Assembly: GCA_965206845.1 (NCBI GenBank) | Contig: OZ242221.1 | Location: 1,568,001-1,632,000 of the forward strand | Length of the DNA stretch: 64,000 nucleotides | Origin: Cenarchaeum sp. | GTDB taxonomy: Archaea > Thermoproteota > Nitrososphaeria > Nitrososphaerales > Nitrosopumilaceae | Reading direction: 5' to 3' | Part shown: positions 46,138 through 55,243 of the stretch, in pieces | Numbering within the stretch: the first letter of the stretch is position 1 | Layout: each line of letters opens with the position of its first letter | Notes under the pieces: generated by a model | Database searches by the model: none | Seen by the model: the letters and a program-made list of their open reading frames with translations, nothing else | What the model was told of the DNA's origin: nothing | Made by a program: the position numbers and the translations under genes

Positions 46138-46434
46138 ATGACGGAAAAAAAACGAGCAAAACCTACGGGGCAGAAGACCAGATCCGGGGAGGGTTCCTCT
46201 ACGGGAACCGGAACTGTGCCCGAGGATGCAACCAGAAGACCTGTATGGAGGAAGAGTAGCTTCGCACCTAAAAAGGCCTCAAAGTCTGCAAAAAAACCGG
46301 AGCCTAGGGAGGAGGCGCCGTCTGATGACGGACTCATCATAGTGGATGAGGCGCCGCTCATAGACCGGGAGCGGATAAACGAGGAGCGGCGGGCCTACCT
46401 TGAAGAGGCAAGATCGCAAGAGGCCTTTGACTGA
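46138..46434 (+). CDS. Low-complexity basic/acidic hypothetical protein
   Basis: TTTAAA box at 46103; Lys-rich disordered N-terminus; helical C-terminus EERRAYLEEARSQEAFD. Confidence 0.65.
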   Translation: MTEKKRAKPTGQKTRSGEGSSTGTGTVPEDATRRPVWRKSSFAPKKASKSAKKPEPREEAPSDDGLIIVDEAPLIDRERINEERRAYLEEARSQEAFD

Positions 46435-46819
46435 GCGGCACCGGTAGGCTGTGGCTACCCATGTCGACTGCTAAGACACATGTGCAGTCTGATGAAGACG
46501 CGGTGCGTCCGGGAGACTGCCTGCGCTTTTTGCCTGCAAAGCGCCAGCCTCTTTTGCAAATGCAAGCGATGCCTAACCTGCCCGCCACGTTTCTGACTCT
46601 GCGTCTGCCTCGACTCCAATTGCGGAGTCTGGGGGCCGGTCTTGGGGTCACATACGGCATACCGGCGCGACGTTTTGGGCTAGTACGGGCATGGGCGATA
46701 CGGTTGTCGTAGGAGGCAGGATCCGTAGCATGCGTGGGATGGGAGCGGTCAGTTCGCCACGTACTCTTGCAGAACTGGCGCCACTAGGAATTAAATAACA
46801 CATCTGCCCACATGTGGCC

Positions 46820-47107
46820 GTGTCTATATCTAGGAAAGAGTTTTTTGCAGCCTCCCCTCCGCCTAGTGACATATCTGGCGCCATCATGGAATGTCTGAGA
46901 CTGCATCAGGATGAGGCGTAGACCTGCTTCAAAATCTATTATACGATTAAAGATCTCTCGCCCGCTGTGGGGGAGAGCATAGACCAGAACAAGGTCCAGT
47001 CCGCGCTGGCAGAGTTGGTTCGTAGCGGCAAGGTGGTGGCTAAGGCGATACTGCCGAGGCGCGGTGACGCTGACACGTTCTATACCCTGCCCAAGGAGTC
47101 GGGCTGA
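46820..47107 (+). pseudogene. Winged-helix DNA-binding protein interrupted by an in-frame TAG
   Basis: MSISRKEFF...AIMECLRLHQDEA*T..KI...VQSALAELVRSGKVVAK...FYTL; TAG at 46919-46921 where Y/F of D.A(Y/F)T is expected; TTAAATA promoter at about 46791. Confidence 0.7.
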
Positions 47108-47328
47108 TCCTGCGCGCGTGGCCATGCTTCAGCGCTGGCATCCGGAAGATCCAGGGCCATCCATTGCAAACCTGACGGGGTCGGCATGAAAAATGCCCAT
47201 AGCTTGCCGATACAACCGATGGATCGGAGCATGCTCTGGGTTCGGATCGCCAAACTTGACACCTTGAGGCGGGTCACCGTGACCTACCAGAGCGGAATCT
47301 TTATTCATGTTGATCTGGTAACACATGC

Positions 47329-47568
47329 ATGCGTGCTTTGTGTATGATTGCCGTAGGCCCCGGCAAGGTAGACGATGTCGCAACAATGCTCAGAAAGAAG
47401 AGGCGTGTCGTAAAGATGATAATGATTGTGACCGGCAGGGTGGACATCTGCGTACTGCTCCAGGGCACCATCGACGAGATCAACAGCACAGTTATTGACT
47501 TCAGGCATGCCAAGAACATCCTGGCAACGGAGACCATGATCGAGGTAGAGGTGAACATGGGATGGTAA
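47329..47568 (+). CDS. Stand-alone Lrp/AsnC ligand-binding (RAM) domain protein
   Basis: Ferredoxin-like pattern: PGK...V, VTG..D, T.TMI. Confidence 0.8.
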   Translation: MRALCMIAVGPGKVDDVATMLRKKRRVVKMIMIVTGRVDICVLLQGTIDEINSTVIDFRHAKNILATETMIEVEVNMGW

Positions 47569-47780
47569 GGGCCGTAATTCTGGTCAAATCTCCAAAGAAG
47601 CTGATCGCAGCCAAACTGAGAAGGGTCAATTCAGTTCAGGACTCGTTCGCGGTTAGTGGTCAGTTTGACGCAGTTGCCATAATCGAGGTTGACAATCTGC
47701 CCATGATAAAGGATGTCGCCACACGGATACAGAAGATCTCCGGTGTCGACAGAACCGAGACCATGGTCGAGGTCACCTAA
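47562..47780 (+). CDS. Stand-alone Lrp/AsnC ligand-binding (RAM) domain protein
   Basis: V.GQFD.VA.IEV, I..I.GV.RTETM. Confidence 0.85.
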   Translation: MVRAVILVKSPKKLIAAKLRRVNSVQDSFAVSGQFDAVAIIEVDNLPMIKDVATRIQKISGVDRTETMVEVT

Positions 47781-47934
47781 TTCGGCCCGATATCAAAACT
47801 AGGCTTGGCGCATGTGGCCTTGAGCCACTGGCCGGGGGTCGTGCCTGTAGGCGGCTGCACCGGACAGCCATGTGTCTCGGCCTAGGCGTCCCGAAATAAC
47901 AAATTTTTTAATCCCCGATTTTGATAGGGTAACT

Positions 47935-48348
47935 GTGAATATCAAACGAGTTGGAAATGTTATTCTGGCGGTCAAGGATCTTGACAGATCCATAGATTTC
48001 TACCATAATACTATCGGCCTGCCAATAAAGAATGAGAGGAGATCGTGGGTGGATCTGGGCCACACCGGAGCCATGCTGAGCCTGCATCCAGCATCCCTTA
48101 CCGCAGAGCACGTGGGAAGCTCGATAGACAACGGCATCACCATAGGGTTCCTCGTAGGCGACGTTCGATCCGCAGTAGAGGAGCTCAAGTCAAAAGGCGT
48201 CAGGGTGTACCGGGACGTGGTTGAAAAGGGTGCAGGAAAGAACGCAATCGTGGTGGATCCTGATGACTATCTGATCTCCCTGTTTGAGCCAAACTTCAAG
48301 AACAAGAGCCAGCAGACTAGTGGATATGTTGGCTTTACTCCGGCCTAG
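47935..48348 (+). CDS. VOC (glyoxalase/bleomycin-resistance) family protein
   Basis: V.L.V.DLDRS..FY...GL, F.V.DV......L..KGV, DPD.Y.I.L.E. Confidence 0.9.
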   Translation: MNIKRVGNVILAVKDLDRSIDFYHNTIGLPIKNERRSWVDLGHTGAMLSLHPASLTAEHVGSSIDNGITIGFLVGDVRSAVEELKSKGVRVYRDVVEKGAGKNAIVVDPDDYLISLFEPNFKNKSQQTSGYVGFTPA

Positions 48349-48731
48349 ATCAATCTCTTAATTTTTTGAACTGTTTCGCTCACATCGCTCTCTTTGCTGC
48401 CTGTGGTGATGTAGAACATGATGTCTCCCTTTTGAATCAGTATGATGGTGACCTTTTTGTGGTATATGATGACGTGATCCTGCTTCCCGATCTCCTTGGA
48501 GTATGGCTTCCTCAGACCCATCAGCGTGGAGAGCATAAAGAACTCGTTTCTTGCATTGTCTGCGCTCAGCAGCGCTCTGGTTCCAGGCCGCAGGGCCCCA
48601 GTCAGCGTCCTTCCATGTGTGTTGATGGCGCCGACGTACCTCACACTCTCTGAGGATTTGACGATCGACTGGCATTTTGCTTTGAGTTCTTTTACCATCT
48701 CTGCCCACCTCTCCGCCGGAACCCTTACCAT
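48345..48731 (-). CDS. DUF6659-like (roadblock/profilin-like fold) thaumarchaeal protein
   Basis: C..I.......RY.G.IN..GR...G..R.G...LL pattern. Confidence 0.7.
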   Translation of the reverse strand: MVRVPAERWAEMVKELKAKCQSIVKSSESVRYVGAINTHGRTLTGALRPGTRALLSADNARNEFFMLSTLMGLRKPYSKEIGKQDHVIIYHKKVTIILIQKGDIMFYITTGSKESDVSETVQKIKRLI

Positions 48732-48784
48732 GACTAGAGTTAGACTGGCAGGATATAGCCTTATCGACTCGCGCGGCGTGCGTC

Positions 48785-49899
48785 TGTAGTCCGAAAGGTA
48801 GTTCGTCCCCTATCCTGGTGCGCAAAGAGATGGAGACATATCGGCAGGCGCCGCGTCAGAGTCATGAAAAAACTGGACGAGTCAAAAGCGAGGTGGATCA
48901 TACGCCAAAAGAAGGCAGGCATGCCCACCAGGCAAATATCCCGGACTATGGGAGTCTCCACATCCTGGACCAAGAAGCTCTGGACAAGATACGGGCACAC
49001 CAGCGACACCATCACGTATCCTGCGCCGATGGGCAGACCCGCAAACGGTCTTCCGGGCCGCAGGGGGCACTCTGCGGCCCTCTCCGCATACTGCAAGCAC
49101 CGCTACGCAGTACGCACAGAGGGGCTGACTGGGCAGAATGAAGGAATGCATATCCTGCACAACACCATATGCGGCATAATGGGAGACAACGGCCTGGCAT
49201 CAAGGGGGCCAAAGAAGGAGCGCAGGCGTAAGTGGGTCAGATACGAGCGCACCTACTCCAACTCCATGTGGCACACGGGCTACAAGCAGCTGGATGACGG
49301 AAGATGGTTCATTGCCTACCGGGACGATGCCTCGCGGCTCATTGTCGGGCATGGCGTCTTTGCCGAAGCCACCGCCGAACACGCAATCGACGTGCTCAAA
49401 GAAGCAATAATGGGGCACGGCAGGCCCGCGTCCATACTGACTGACCACGGCACCCGGTTCTATGCCAATGCAGGGGAGTACTAGAGGAAGTGTGCGGCCA
49501 AATTTGGGCAGGAGCTGGTCTCGATGGGCATACACCGCATCCTGGCACGTCTGCGCCACCCACAGACAAATGGCAAGCTTGAGAGGTTCCACGGCGAGCT
49601 GCAGCGCAAGCTGCACCTCTCTGGGGAGGAATCCGTAGACGGGACGACAAGATCCGGCCGATCCGACGACACCCGTGTGGGCGGACCGCTCAACACCGAG
49701 CCAAAGAAGGATCCCGTAACGCGGTTTGTGGAATGGTACAACTATGGCAGACCTCACATGTCACTTGACTTGGACAATCTGGAGACTCCCGCAAGGGTGC
49801 TTGTCAGAAAGATGCCGCCGCCGGGACAAGTAGTTATTGACGAGCAGACAGGGGAGGAGTATGGTGTCTGATGGGGGGGTATACTATCAGAATTCCACA
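48785..49899 (+). mobile_element. Degenerate IS481-family insertion sequence
   Basis: Ends 5'-TGT...ACA-3' with weak imperfect IRs; encloses an integrase-core transposase; no flanking direct repeat. Confidence 0.8.
48864..49871 (+). pseudogene. IS481 transposase pseudogene
   Basis: RYER...NSMWHTGYK (catalytic D replaced by G), DDASR, ILTDHG..F, in-frame TAG 49482-49484, HPQTNGKLERF, WYN..RPH.SL. Confidence 0.85.
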
Positions 49900-49901
49900 A
49901 T

Positions 49902-50240
49902 AACGGCATAGGCGGCTCCACAAACGACATAGACCAGACGTACACCCCTGACTTTGGCGGCACCGGGATCGCAGGCGACTGGGCCATGCGCATACGTGAC
50001 GGCGCGGGAGCAGACACCGGCACCCTGAACAGCTGGACGCTCACGATAGACCATGGCGGTGCCGGCAGTCCCGTGACCGGCTCCGGCAGCCAGTACCTCG
50101 TGACCGTCTCGGCCACGCGGAACGGGACGTACAACCTCGACATCACACAGGACAGCGGCATTGAGGACGCCGCAAACAACCCACTAGCCGACACAGACCC
50201 CACGGGGGCAGACCACACCTACACGAGATTTATCTCATAA
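49902..50240 (+). pseudogene. 3' remnant of a surface protein (proprotein-convertase P-domain + Ig-like)
   Basis: GGS.NDIDQTY.PDF.G....GDW..RI.D....DTGTLNSWTL then VTGSGSQY.VTV.....G...LD......I.D.A.NPL; begins at the IS end. Confidence 0.7.
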
Positions 50241-50337
50241 CTGGCAGACTTGGGTGGGGGGGGGGGTCTCCTGCAAACTCGGCTGATGATCAAAGCCGTC
50301 CTTTTACACATAAATGAGATGGCGCGGTAGGCAGATC

Positions 50338-51438
50338 ATGACGGCAGGATTCGCCACTCCTGAGCAGACAGCAGCCTTTGCGCGCAGTAGCCTGGCGGAG
50401 CATCAAAACTACAACACGTTTCTGGGCCTCACGCTGTCCAACGTGGGGGTCGGTACGTATCTTGGCGAGCCCAATCCGGAGACAGACGTCTTGGTAAAGG
50501 ACGCGGTTGTGGAGTCAGTCAGGCGCGGGATCAACGTGCTTGATACGGCAATAAACTACCGCGGACAGAAGGCCGAGCGCAGCGTGGGCGCCGCCATTTC
50601 GGAACTGTCAGAGGGCGGCACGGCAAGGGATGGCCTCTTCGTGTGCACGAAGAACGGCTACGTCACAAACGATGCGGATACCGGCGAGGAGTTCTGGCAG
50701 TATGTCCAGAAGCATCTTGTTGGGGAAGGCGTAATCAAGTCTGGAGACATCTCGTCGGGATACCACTGCATGACGGTGCCGTATCTTGAGGATCAGCTGA
50801 ACCGCAGTCTGAACAACCTGGATCTCGAGTGCATCGACCTGCTGTACCTGCACAACGCCGCCGAGGGGCAGCTTCAGGACATCACTAGGGAGCAGTTCCT
50901 CAGAAACCTCCGCGATGTCTTTGAGCTGTACGAGCAAAAGAGGTCCGAGGGACTGATCCGCTACTACGGGCTTGCCACCTGGGAGTGCTTCCGTGTGGCA
51001 CCCGATGATCCGCTCCACATACCGCTGGAGGAGACGCTGCGAATTGCAAGGGACGCGGGCGGCCCAGATCACGGGTTCCGTTTCATTCAGCTGCCCTACA
51101 ACATGTACCTGGATCAGGCGTTTATGCAGAAGAATCAGCCGCACGGTGGCAAGCGCACCTCAATACTCGAGGCGGCCGGAGCGTGCGGCGTAGGCGTGTT
51201 CTCCAGCGTGCCGCTTATGCAGGGACGCCTTCTTGCCCCCGGTGTCATGCCGGAGTTTGGCAGCGCAACCCCTGCAGTGCGGGCGTTGCAGTTCATCAGG
51301 TCAACTCCCGGGATCCTGGCCCCGCTGGTGGGGCACAAGCTTCCCGGACATGTGTCGGAGAATCTGGAGGCCATGAAGGTACCGCCGCTCTCAGGGGACG
51401 AGTTTCACGAGCTGGTGAGGTCGCTGACCGGCAGATAG
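50338..51438 (+). CDS. Aldo/keto reductase
   Basis: G.GTYLG, G.N..DTAINYR.Q..ER, TK.GY, SL..L.LE.IDL.YLHN, IQLP.N, LQF.RS.PG. Confidence 0.92.
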   Translation: MTAGFATPEQTAAFARSSLAEHQNYNTFLGLTLSNVGVGTYLGEPNPETDVLVKDAVVESVRRGINVLDTAINYRGQKAERSVGAAISELSEGGTARDGLFVCTKNGYVTNDADTGEEFWQYVQKHLVGEGVIKSGDISSGYHCMTVPYLEDQLNRSLNNLDLECIDLLYLHNAAEGQLQDITREQFLRNLRDVFELYEQKRSEGLIRYYGLATWECFRVAPDDPLHIPLEETLRIARDAGGPDHGFRFIQLPYNMYLDQAFMQKNQPHGGKRTSILEAAGACGVGVFSSVPLMQGRLLAPGVMPEFGSATPAVRALQFIRSTPGILAPLVGHKLPGHVSENLEAMKVPPLSGDEFHELVRSLTGR

Positions 51439-51505
51439 CGCATGTCATGTGTCAGATTCCATGCGGAAGAACTATCTATAAATTAGAACCACTCCATGTC
51501 AACCT

Positions 51506-51652
51506 ATGCCAGTCGACCCCGTCTGTGGAATCGAACTCGATGAGGAGCTGGCACTGATCCACAAACACGACGGCAGGGATTATTTCTTCTGCTGCAACGG
51601 TTGCCGGAGGATCTTTATCAAAAAGCCCGGCAAGTGGAAGAAGAACGTCTAG
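51506..51652 (+). CDS. YHS/TRASH-domain small metal-binding protein (48 aa)
   Basis: MPVDPVCGIE...HDGRDYFFCCNGCRRIF...P; TATAAA box at 51477. Confidence 0.88.
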   Translation: MPVDPVCGIELDEELALIHKHDGRDYFFCCNGCRRIFIKKPGKWKKNV

Positions 51653-52602
51653 AGCGGATACGTTCCACACATCCTGCAGAACCGGGCGCCTGGTGGTGTG
51701 GCATACCCGCACATCCGGCAGGCAGTCTTTGAGGTGTGAAGATCCGACGGCCTTGCAAAGCGTCTTCTGAAGATCTCGTAGTAGTGCATGGACTCCTTTG
51801 TCCGTAGCACAACCCCGTCGGCGCTGCGTATGCTCTCCCTTCTCTCCTCGAAGGTCTGATCTGGGATCAGCGCAGAGAAGAGATCCGTCAGTGCTGCGGT
51901 TCCCGCGCCATCCTGCATGGGGGATTTTGCCCTCCACAGTATGGCATCTGGAATCGCACCCCTGTAGGCTTTGCGCAGAATCCACTTGCCGTACCTCTTG
52001 CCATTTCTTTTGTCCACCTTGAGGCTGGCCGGAATCTCTTCTGACATCCGGATCACCCGCTCGTCCAGGTATGGTGAAACAAGTTCCACGCCAACATGCC
52101 TTCCAATCTTCTGCGACGGAAAGTGCATTATGCCACGCATTCTCTTCAGCTCATCCTCCAGATCCTGCCCTCTCTTCCTTGCAAGAAAGTCGTACCCCGC
52201 AAAGAGCTCGTCCGCACCGTCCCCTGTTATGGCTCTTCTGACCCCGGACTCCTTTAGAGCTGTAGCCGCCAGGTACATGACGATGGAGTTTCTGATCTCG
52301 ATGTCGTTAAAGTTGCCCAGAATCCCTATGGTCTCCTCTACTGCGTCCATGATATCGCTGCTTGACACCATCCTTATGTCCAGCGGGATCCCCAGGTTGT
52401 CTGCTGCCATCTGGCAGTAGGTTAGATCCTCTGCTAGAAAGTCCCGGGCAATTATTGTGGTGGCCCGAAGGCCAGTGCGCCGCAGGTGGTATGCGGCTAT
52501 GGTGCTGTCCAGGCCTCCAGAGAGGCAGATGTTAGAGGATCCGCAGGCATGCGAGGCCTCGTCCATGACTCTTACCAGATCTTGGGTAGTTTCATCCAAC
52601 AT
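51649..52602 (-). CDS. Asparagine-synthase C-terminal-domain protein with C-terminal Zn ribbon
   Basis: LSGGLDS PP-loop, TGDGADELFAGY, P.LD, KWILR, R.K.P.Q.G.G, terminal CRMC...FCRMCG. Confidence 0.88.
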   Translation of the reverse strand: MLDETTQDLVRVMDEASHACGSSNICLSGGLDSTIAAYHLRRTGLRATTIIARDFLAEDLTYCQMAADNLGIPLDIRMVSSSDIMDAVEETIGILGNFNDIEIRNSIVMYLAATALKESGVRRAITGDGADELFAGYDFLARKRGQDLEDELKRMRGIMHFPSQKIGRHVGVELVSPYLDERVIRMSEEIPASLKVDKRNGKRYGKWILRKAYRGAIPDAILWRAKSPMQDGAGTAALTDLFSALIPDQTFEERRESIRSADGVVLRTKESMHYYEIFRRRFARPSDLHTSKTACRMCGYATPPGARFCRMCGTYPL

Positions 52603-52701
52603 GGGTAATGTCGCCTGCTGGTATATATTGACAGGCGCGGCGGGGACGGGCTCTGGGGTCTTGCTTGATAACTTTAAATTTGCTGCGGTATTTTTTATTA
52701 C

Positions 52702-53118
52702 GTGCTACTTCCTGCGGAGATCGAGTCCAAGAGTCTGATCCCTGCACTGCGCGCAATTCTGGCAAAGAGGCTGGCCCGCACGCACCACATCAGGGAGGAC
52801 AAGATATCTGCAATGCTGGGTGTAACGCAGGCGGCAATCAGCAACTACATACGGGGAACCCGCGGCGATCCTAGGCTGATCAACAAGCTGCTGGCAGAGC
52901 CCAACGTGGCCAAGATGCTCAACGAGCTGAGCGAAAACTTGGCAACGGATATGGCGTACACGCCGTCAAGCCTCTCCCAGTTTATCGGACTCTGTAACTA
53001 CATCAAGACCAGCCTGTTGATATGCGACATTCACCACAATTTGGAGTCTAACATCGACGAAAAGATATGCAAGGAGTGCGAGAGTATGTTGCTGAAGGGT
53101 CCAGGATCCATGTACTAA
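52702..53118 (+). CDS. HTH transcriptional regulator (COG2522-like)
   Basis: P.E......IPA.RA..A..L, I...LGVTQAAIS.Y..G.RG, C..H...C..C. Confidence 0.85.
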   Translation: MLLPAEIESKSLIPALRAILAKRLARTHHIREDKISAMLGVTQAAISNYIRGTRGDPRLINKLLAEPNVAKMLNELSENLATDMAYTPSSLSQFIGLCNYIKTSLLICDIHHNLESNIDEKICKECESMLLKGPGSMY

Positions 53119-53423
53119 AGCTTTGTCAGCACGATCTCAATTGTAGATATCAGCTGACCCGTATCGGACAGCTCGATGCTGTCTACTGTGACCTTCTCAA
53201 CCTTTGAGTTGCCCTTGAGCATCCTCCTGGTGACTATGTTGGCCACGCTCACCGCGTCTGATATCGAGTTGCCACGCGCCTGCAAGATGACCGCGCCGTG
53301 GTTGCCGATCTTTTCTATTGCGTATACTGCGTTTACCTTTGCGTAGCGATCTCTTATGAGAAGCACTTTTGCGTCCCGGGGGGCGCTCCTTGTGCCGCCC
53401 TGACCGCGGTCGTCATATGGCAT
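53115..53423 (-). CDS. Alba-family DNA/RNA-binding protein
   Basis: V.L.ARG.SI..AV.VA.I, V..V..DS, ISTIEI.L.K. Confidence 0.82.
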   Translation of the reverse strand: MPYDDRGQGGTRSAPRDAKVLLIRDRYAKVNAVYAIEKIGNHGAVILQARGNSISDAVSVANIVTRRMLKGNSKVEKVTVDSIELSDTGQLISTIEIVLTKL

Positions 53424-53775
53424 GTACTGGTATTGGGATCTTGCGGTTCTTTTTAGTCTTGCCTATTGTCCCCGTGGAGCAGTTTGTCATACCGGATCAT
53501 GGTGGTAATTCCTCTACATGAACATTGGCGCCCAAGTGAGGCAGGTGCGCAGCCCGTCCACGCTTTTGCTGCCTGCCCAAAGTTCTGGCGGCTTGGCCCG
53601 AATCGAGCCTTGGCAGATGCCTGGTTGAGCAGCACCCGACCCGGTTACAGGAAAGAATGCGGTTTCTGTGCATGCCCTGTCTGTGAACGATACATGGCTG
53701 CAGGTGCGGGGATGTGGGCAAGAGACGCATGCGGGTGCGATCCGGCCGACAGAACGCGGTAGTCACGCAGCTCCG

Positions 53776-54279
53776 TCAGCAGACGGCGGTGATCGGAATG
53801 TTTTGAAAATCCCCGTTTGGAAGCACTCTGCGTATGATGATTGGTATTGCCCTTAGGTTCAGCTCCTCCATTGCAATGTCAAGCGAGGTCGTTGCGGTGT
53901 CGGGAATTGGAATGAACGGGGGCGCCCCCAAGGAGAGCTGCAGGGCCCTGGCTCCCATGATCCTCGCCTTCTCAAACCGGGTCAGTGTAGGCGGGCCGAT
54001 GGTGATCTTCCCACCGCTTATGGGAATCTCCTGAGGCACATGCTCTGTATCGATCTCGACGACCTCCCGGTTGTCCCTGTCCTTGATCCTTGAGTTGATC
54101 TCGTCAAGTATCGCTTGAAGGCGCTTGGACTCTGTCTCGTCAGTGCAGGCATCTATCTGTTTTTTGTAACTCTCTTTTGCCTTGACAAGATCCACACCAA
54201 GTGTGGTTACTGCTGATTCCTTGCTCTCAGTAGACCAAGATCCCTGGTCTGGTGCATCATTGGTATTTGAATCTGACAA
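53776..54279 (-). CDS. rpoK: RNA polymerase subunit Rpo6/K with N-terminal extension
   Basis: LTRFEKARI.GARALQLS.GAPP, IA..EL....IP..IRR.LP.G. Confidence 0.95.
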   Translation of the reverse strand: MSDSNTNDAPDQGSWSTESKESAVTTLGVDLVKAKESYKKQIDACTDETESKRLQAILDEINSRIKDRDNREVVEIDTEHVPQEIPISGGKITIGPPTLTRFEKARIMGARALQLSLGAPPFIPIPDTATTSLDIAMEELNLRAIPIIIRRVLPNGDFQNIPITAVC

Positions 54280-54696
54280 GTATTGATATTATTACAAATG
54301 CGGTTATATATTCCAATATTTCGATCGGGCATGATTCAAACCCCCACATTCGGCCGCATCTGCCATCACCTGCGCCCAGACCTGCGCGGAGCGGCCAGAA
54401 AGGCTCCGACGGATCTAATCCCTTGTGGATGGGATGGTGGTTTTGCACGCTGCCTAACCTGTCATCTGCACGGTTGCGTTCTGGTCAGACTGCTCACATC
54501 CAGCTCCCATGTGGGTATGGTGCCAGCGAGGGGGAGGCGGGTATGCAGGGACTGCCTGCGCACACCTGGGTCATCTACCCTGTCCGACCAGGCGCGAAGA
54601 CTCGATCTGATGCACAAATCTGCGCTTGAGCCGAGTCGGTCTCGCATGCGCTATGCAGAAGGAGATTAATATAATCAGGCCAGGTAAAACCGACGA

Positions 54697-55083
54697 TTGA
54701 GTCTTAGATCAGTCTCGAAGATCGATCTGATCTTGGAGGTAAAAACAAAGTCGGAGATCAAGTGCGAGCTAAAGCGGCACCTGTCCCCAAGAACGGTGGG
54801 CATCATATCGCGCTCCCTGCCGTTGAAGGGAAACGCCCATGTCGGTGCCGGCGGTATGGCGTATCTTGAGACCACCATAAGCTCCGGAATAGAGCGCTCC
54901 CGCAGGGAGTTTGTCAAGGGCGACATCGCATTTTTGCCGACTAGGGGAATAATCGTGTTCTTTTCTGCTGACTCGGAGCCGGGAAGGACGATGTCGCTCA
55001 TTGGCAGGGTGACCGACGGCGCCAACAAGCTGGCCGAGATCAGGCCCGGGGATGTGCTCTGCCTCTACCGCAGTGCCCAGTGA
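54697..55083 (+). CDS. Cyclophilin-like fold protein
   Basis: EL.....P.T...I.R.LP, G.E.....F..GD.A..P....I..F. Confidence 0.75.
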   Translation: MSLRSVSKIDLILEVKTKSEIKCELKRHLSPRTVGIISRSLPLKGNAHVGAGGMAYLETTISSGIERSRREFVKGDIAFLPTRGIIVFFSADSEPGRTMSLIGRVTDGANKLAEIRPGDVLCLYRSAQ

Positions 55084-55243
55084 TCCTGCTTGTTTGGCAT
55101 CCTGGGGCAGGATCGACGGCAGCCGGCTGGTTGGGACTGTGCCGGGACGGCACAAGTGAATCCAACCGCAATCAGGCGGCGACCCGATCTCCCGCTACCG
55201 TCTCGAAATTTTAAATAACCAGCATGTGATAAACTTCGCATGG

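Noticed and set aside
46489-46515. Hammerhead ribozyme (CTGATGA followed by a stem)
   Set aside because: The required GAAA after stem II is absent (CGGGA instead) and no stem I/III with a cleavage triplet is evident.
46919-49484. Amber (TAG) recoding suggested by two in-frame TAGs (wHTH gene and IS481 transposase)
   Set aside because: Many intact core genes here (psmA, bioA, cysS, trpA, pyrG) end in TAG at expected lengths, no pyl genes are present in the window, and the transposase has other inactivating changes.
50252-50267. Poly-G tract as a phase-variation or G-quadruplex site
   Set aside because: It is intergenic behind a pseudogene remnant, and homopolymer length is unreliable in assemblies.
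46515-54562. Shared 11-12-mers (GACTGCCTGCGC, TGCCTAACCTG) in two intergenic regions
   Set aside because: They occur in opposite order with no alignable flanks; insufficient to call a repeat family.
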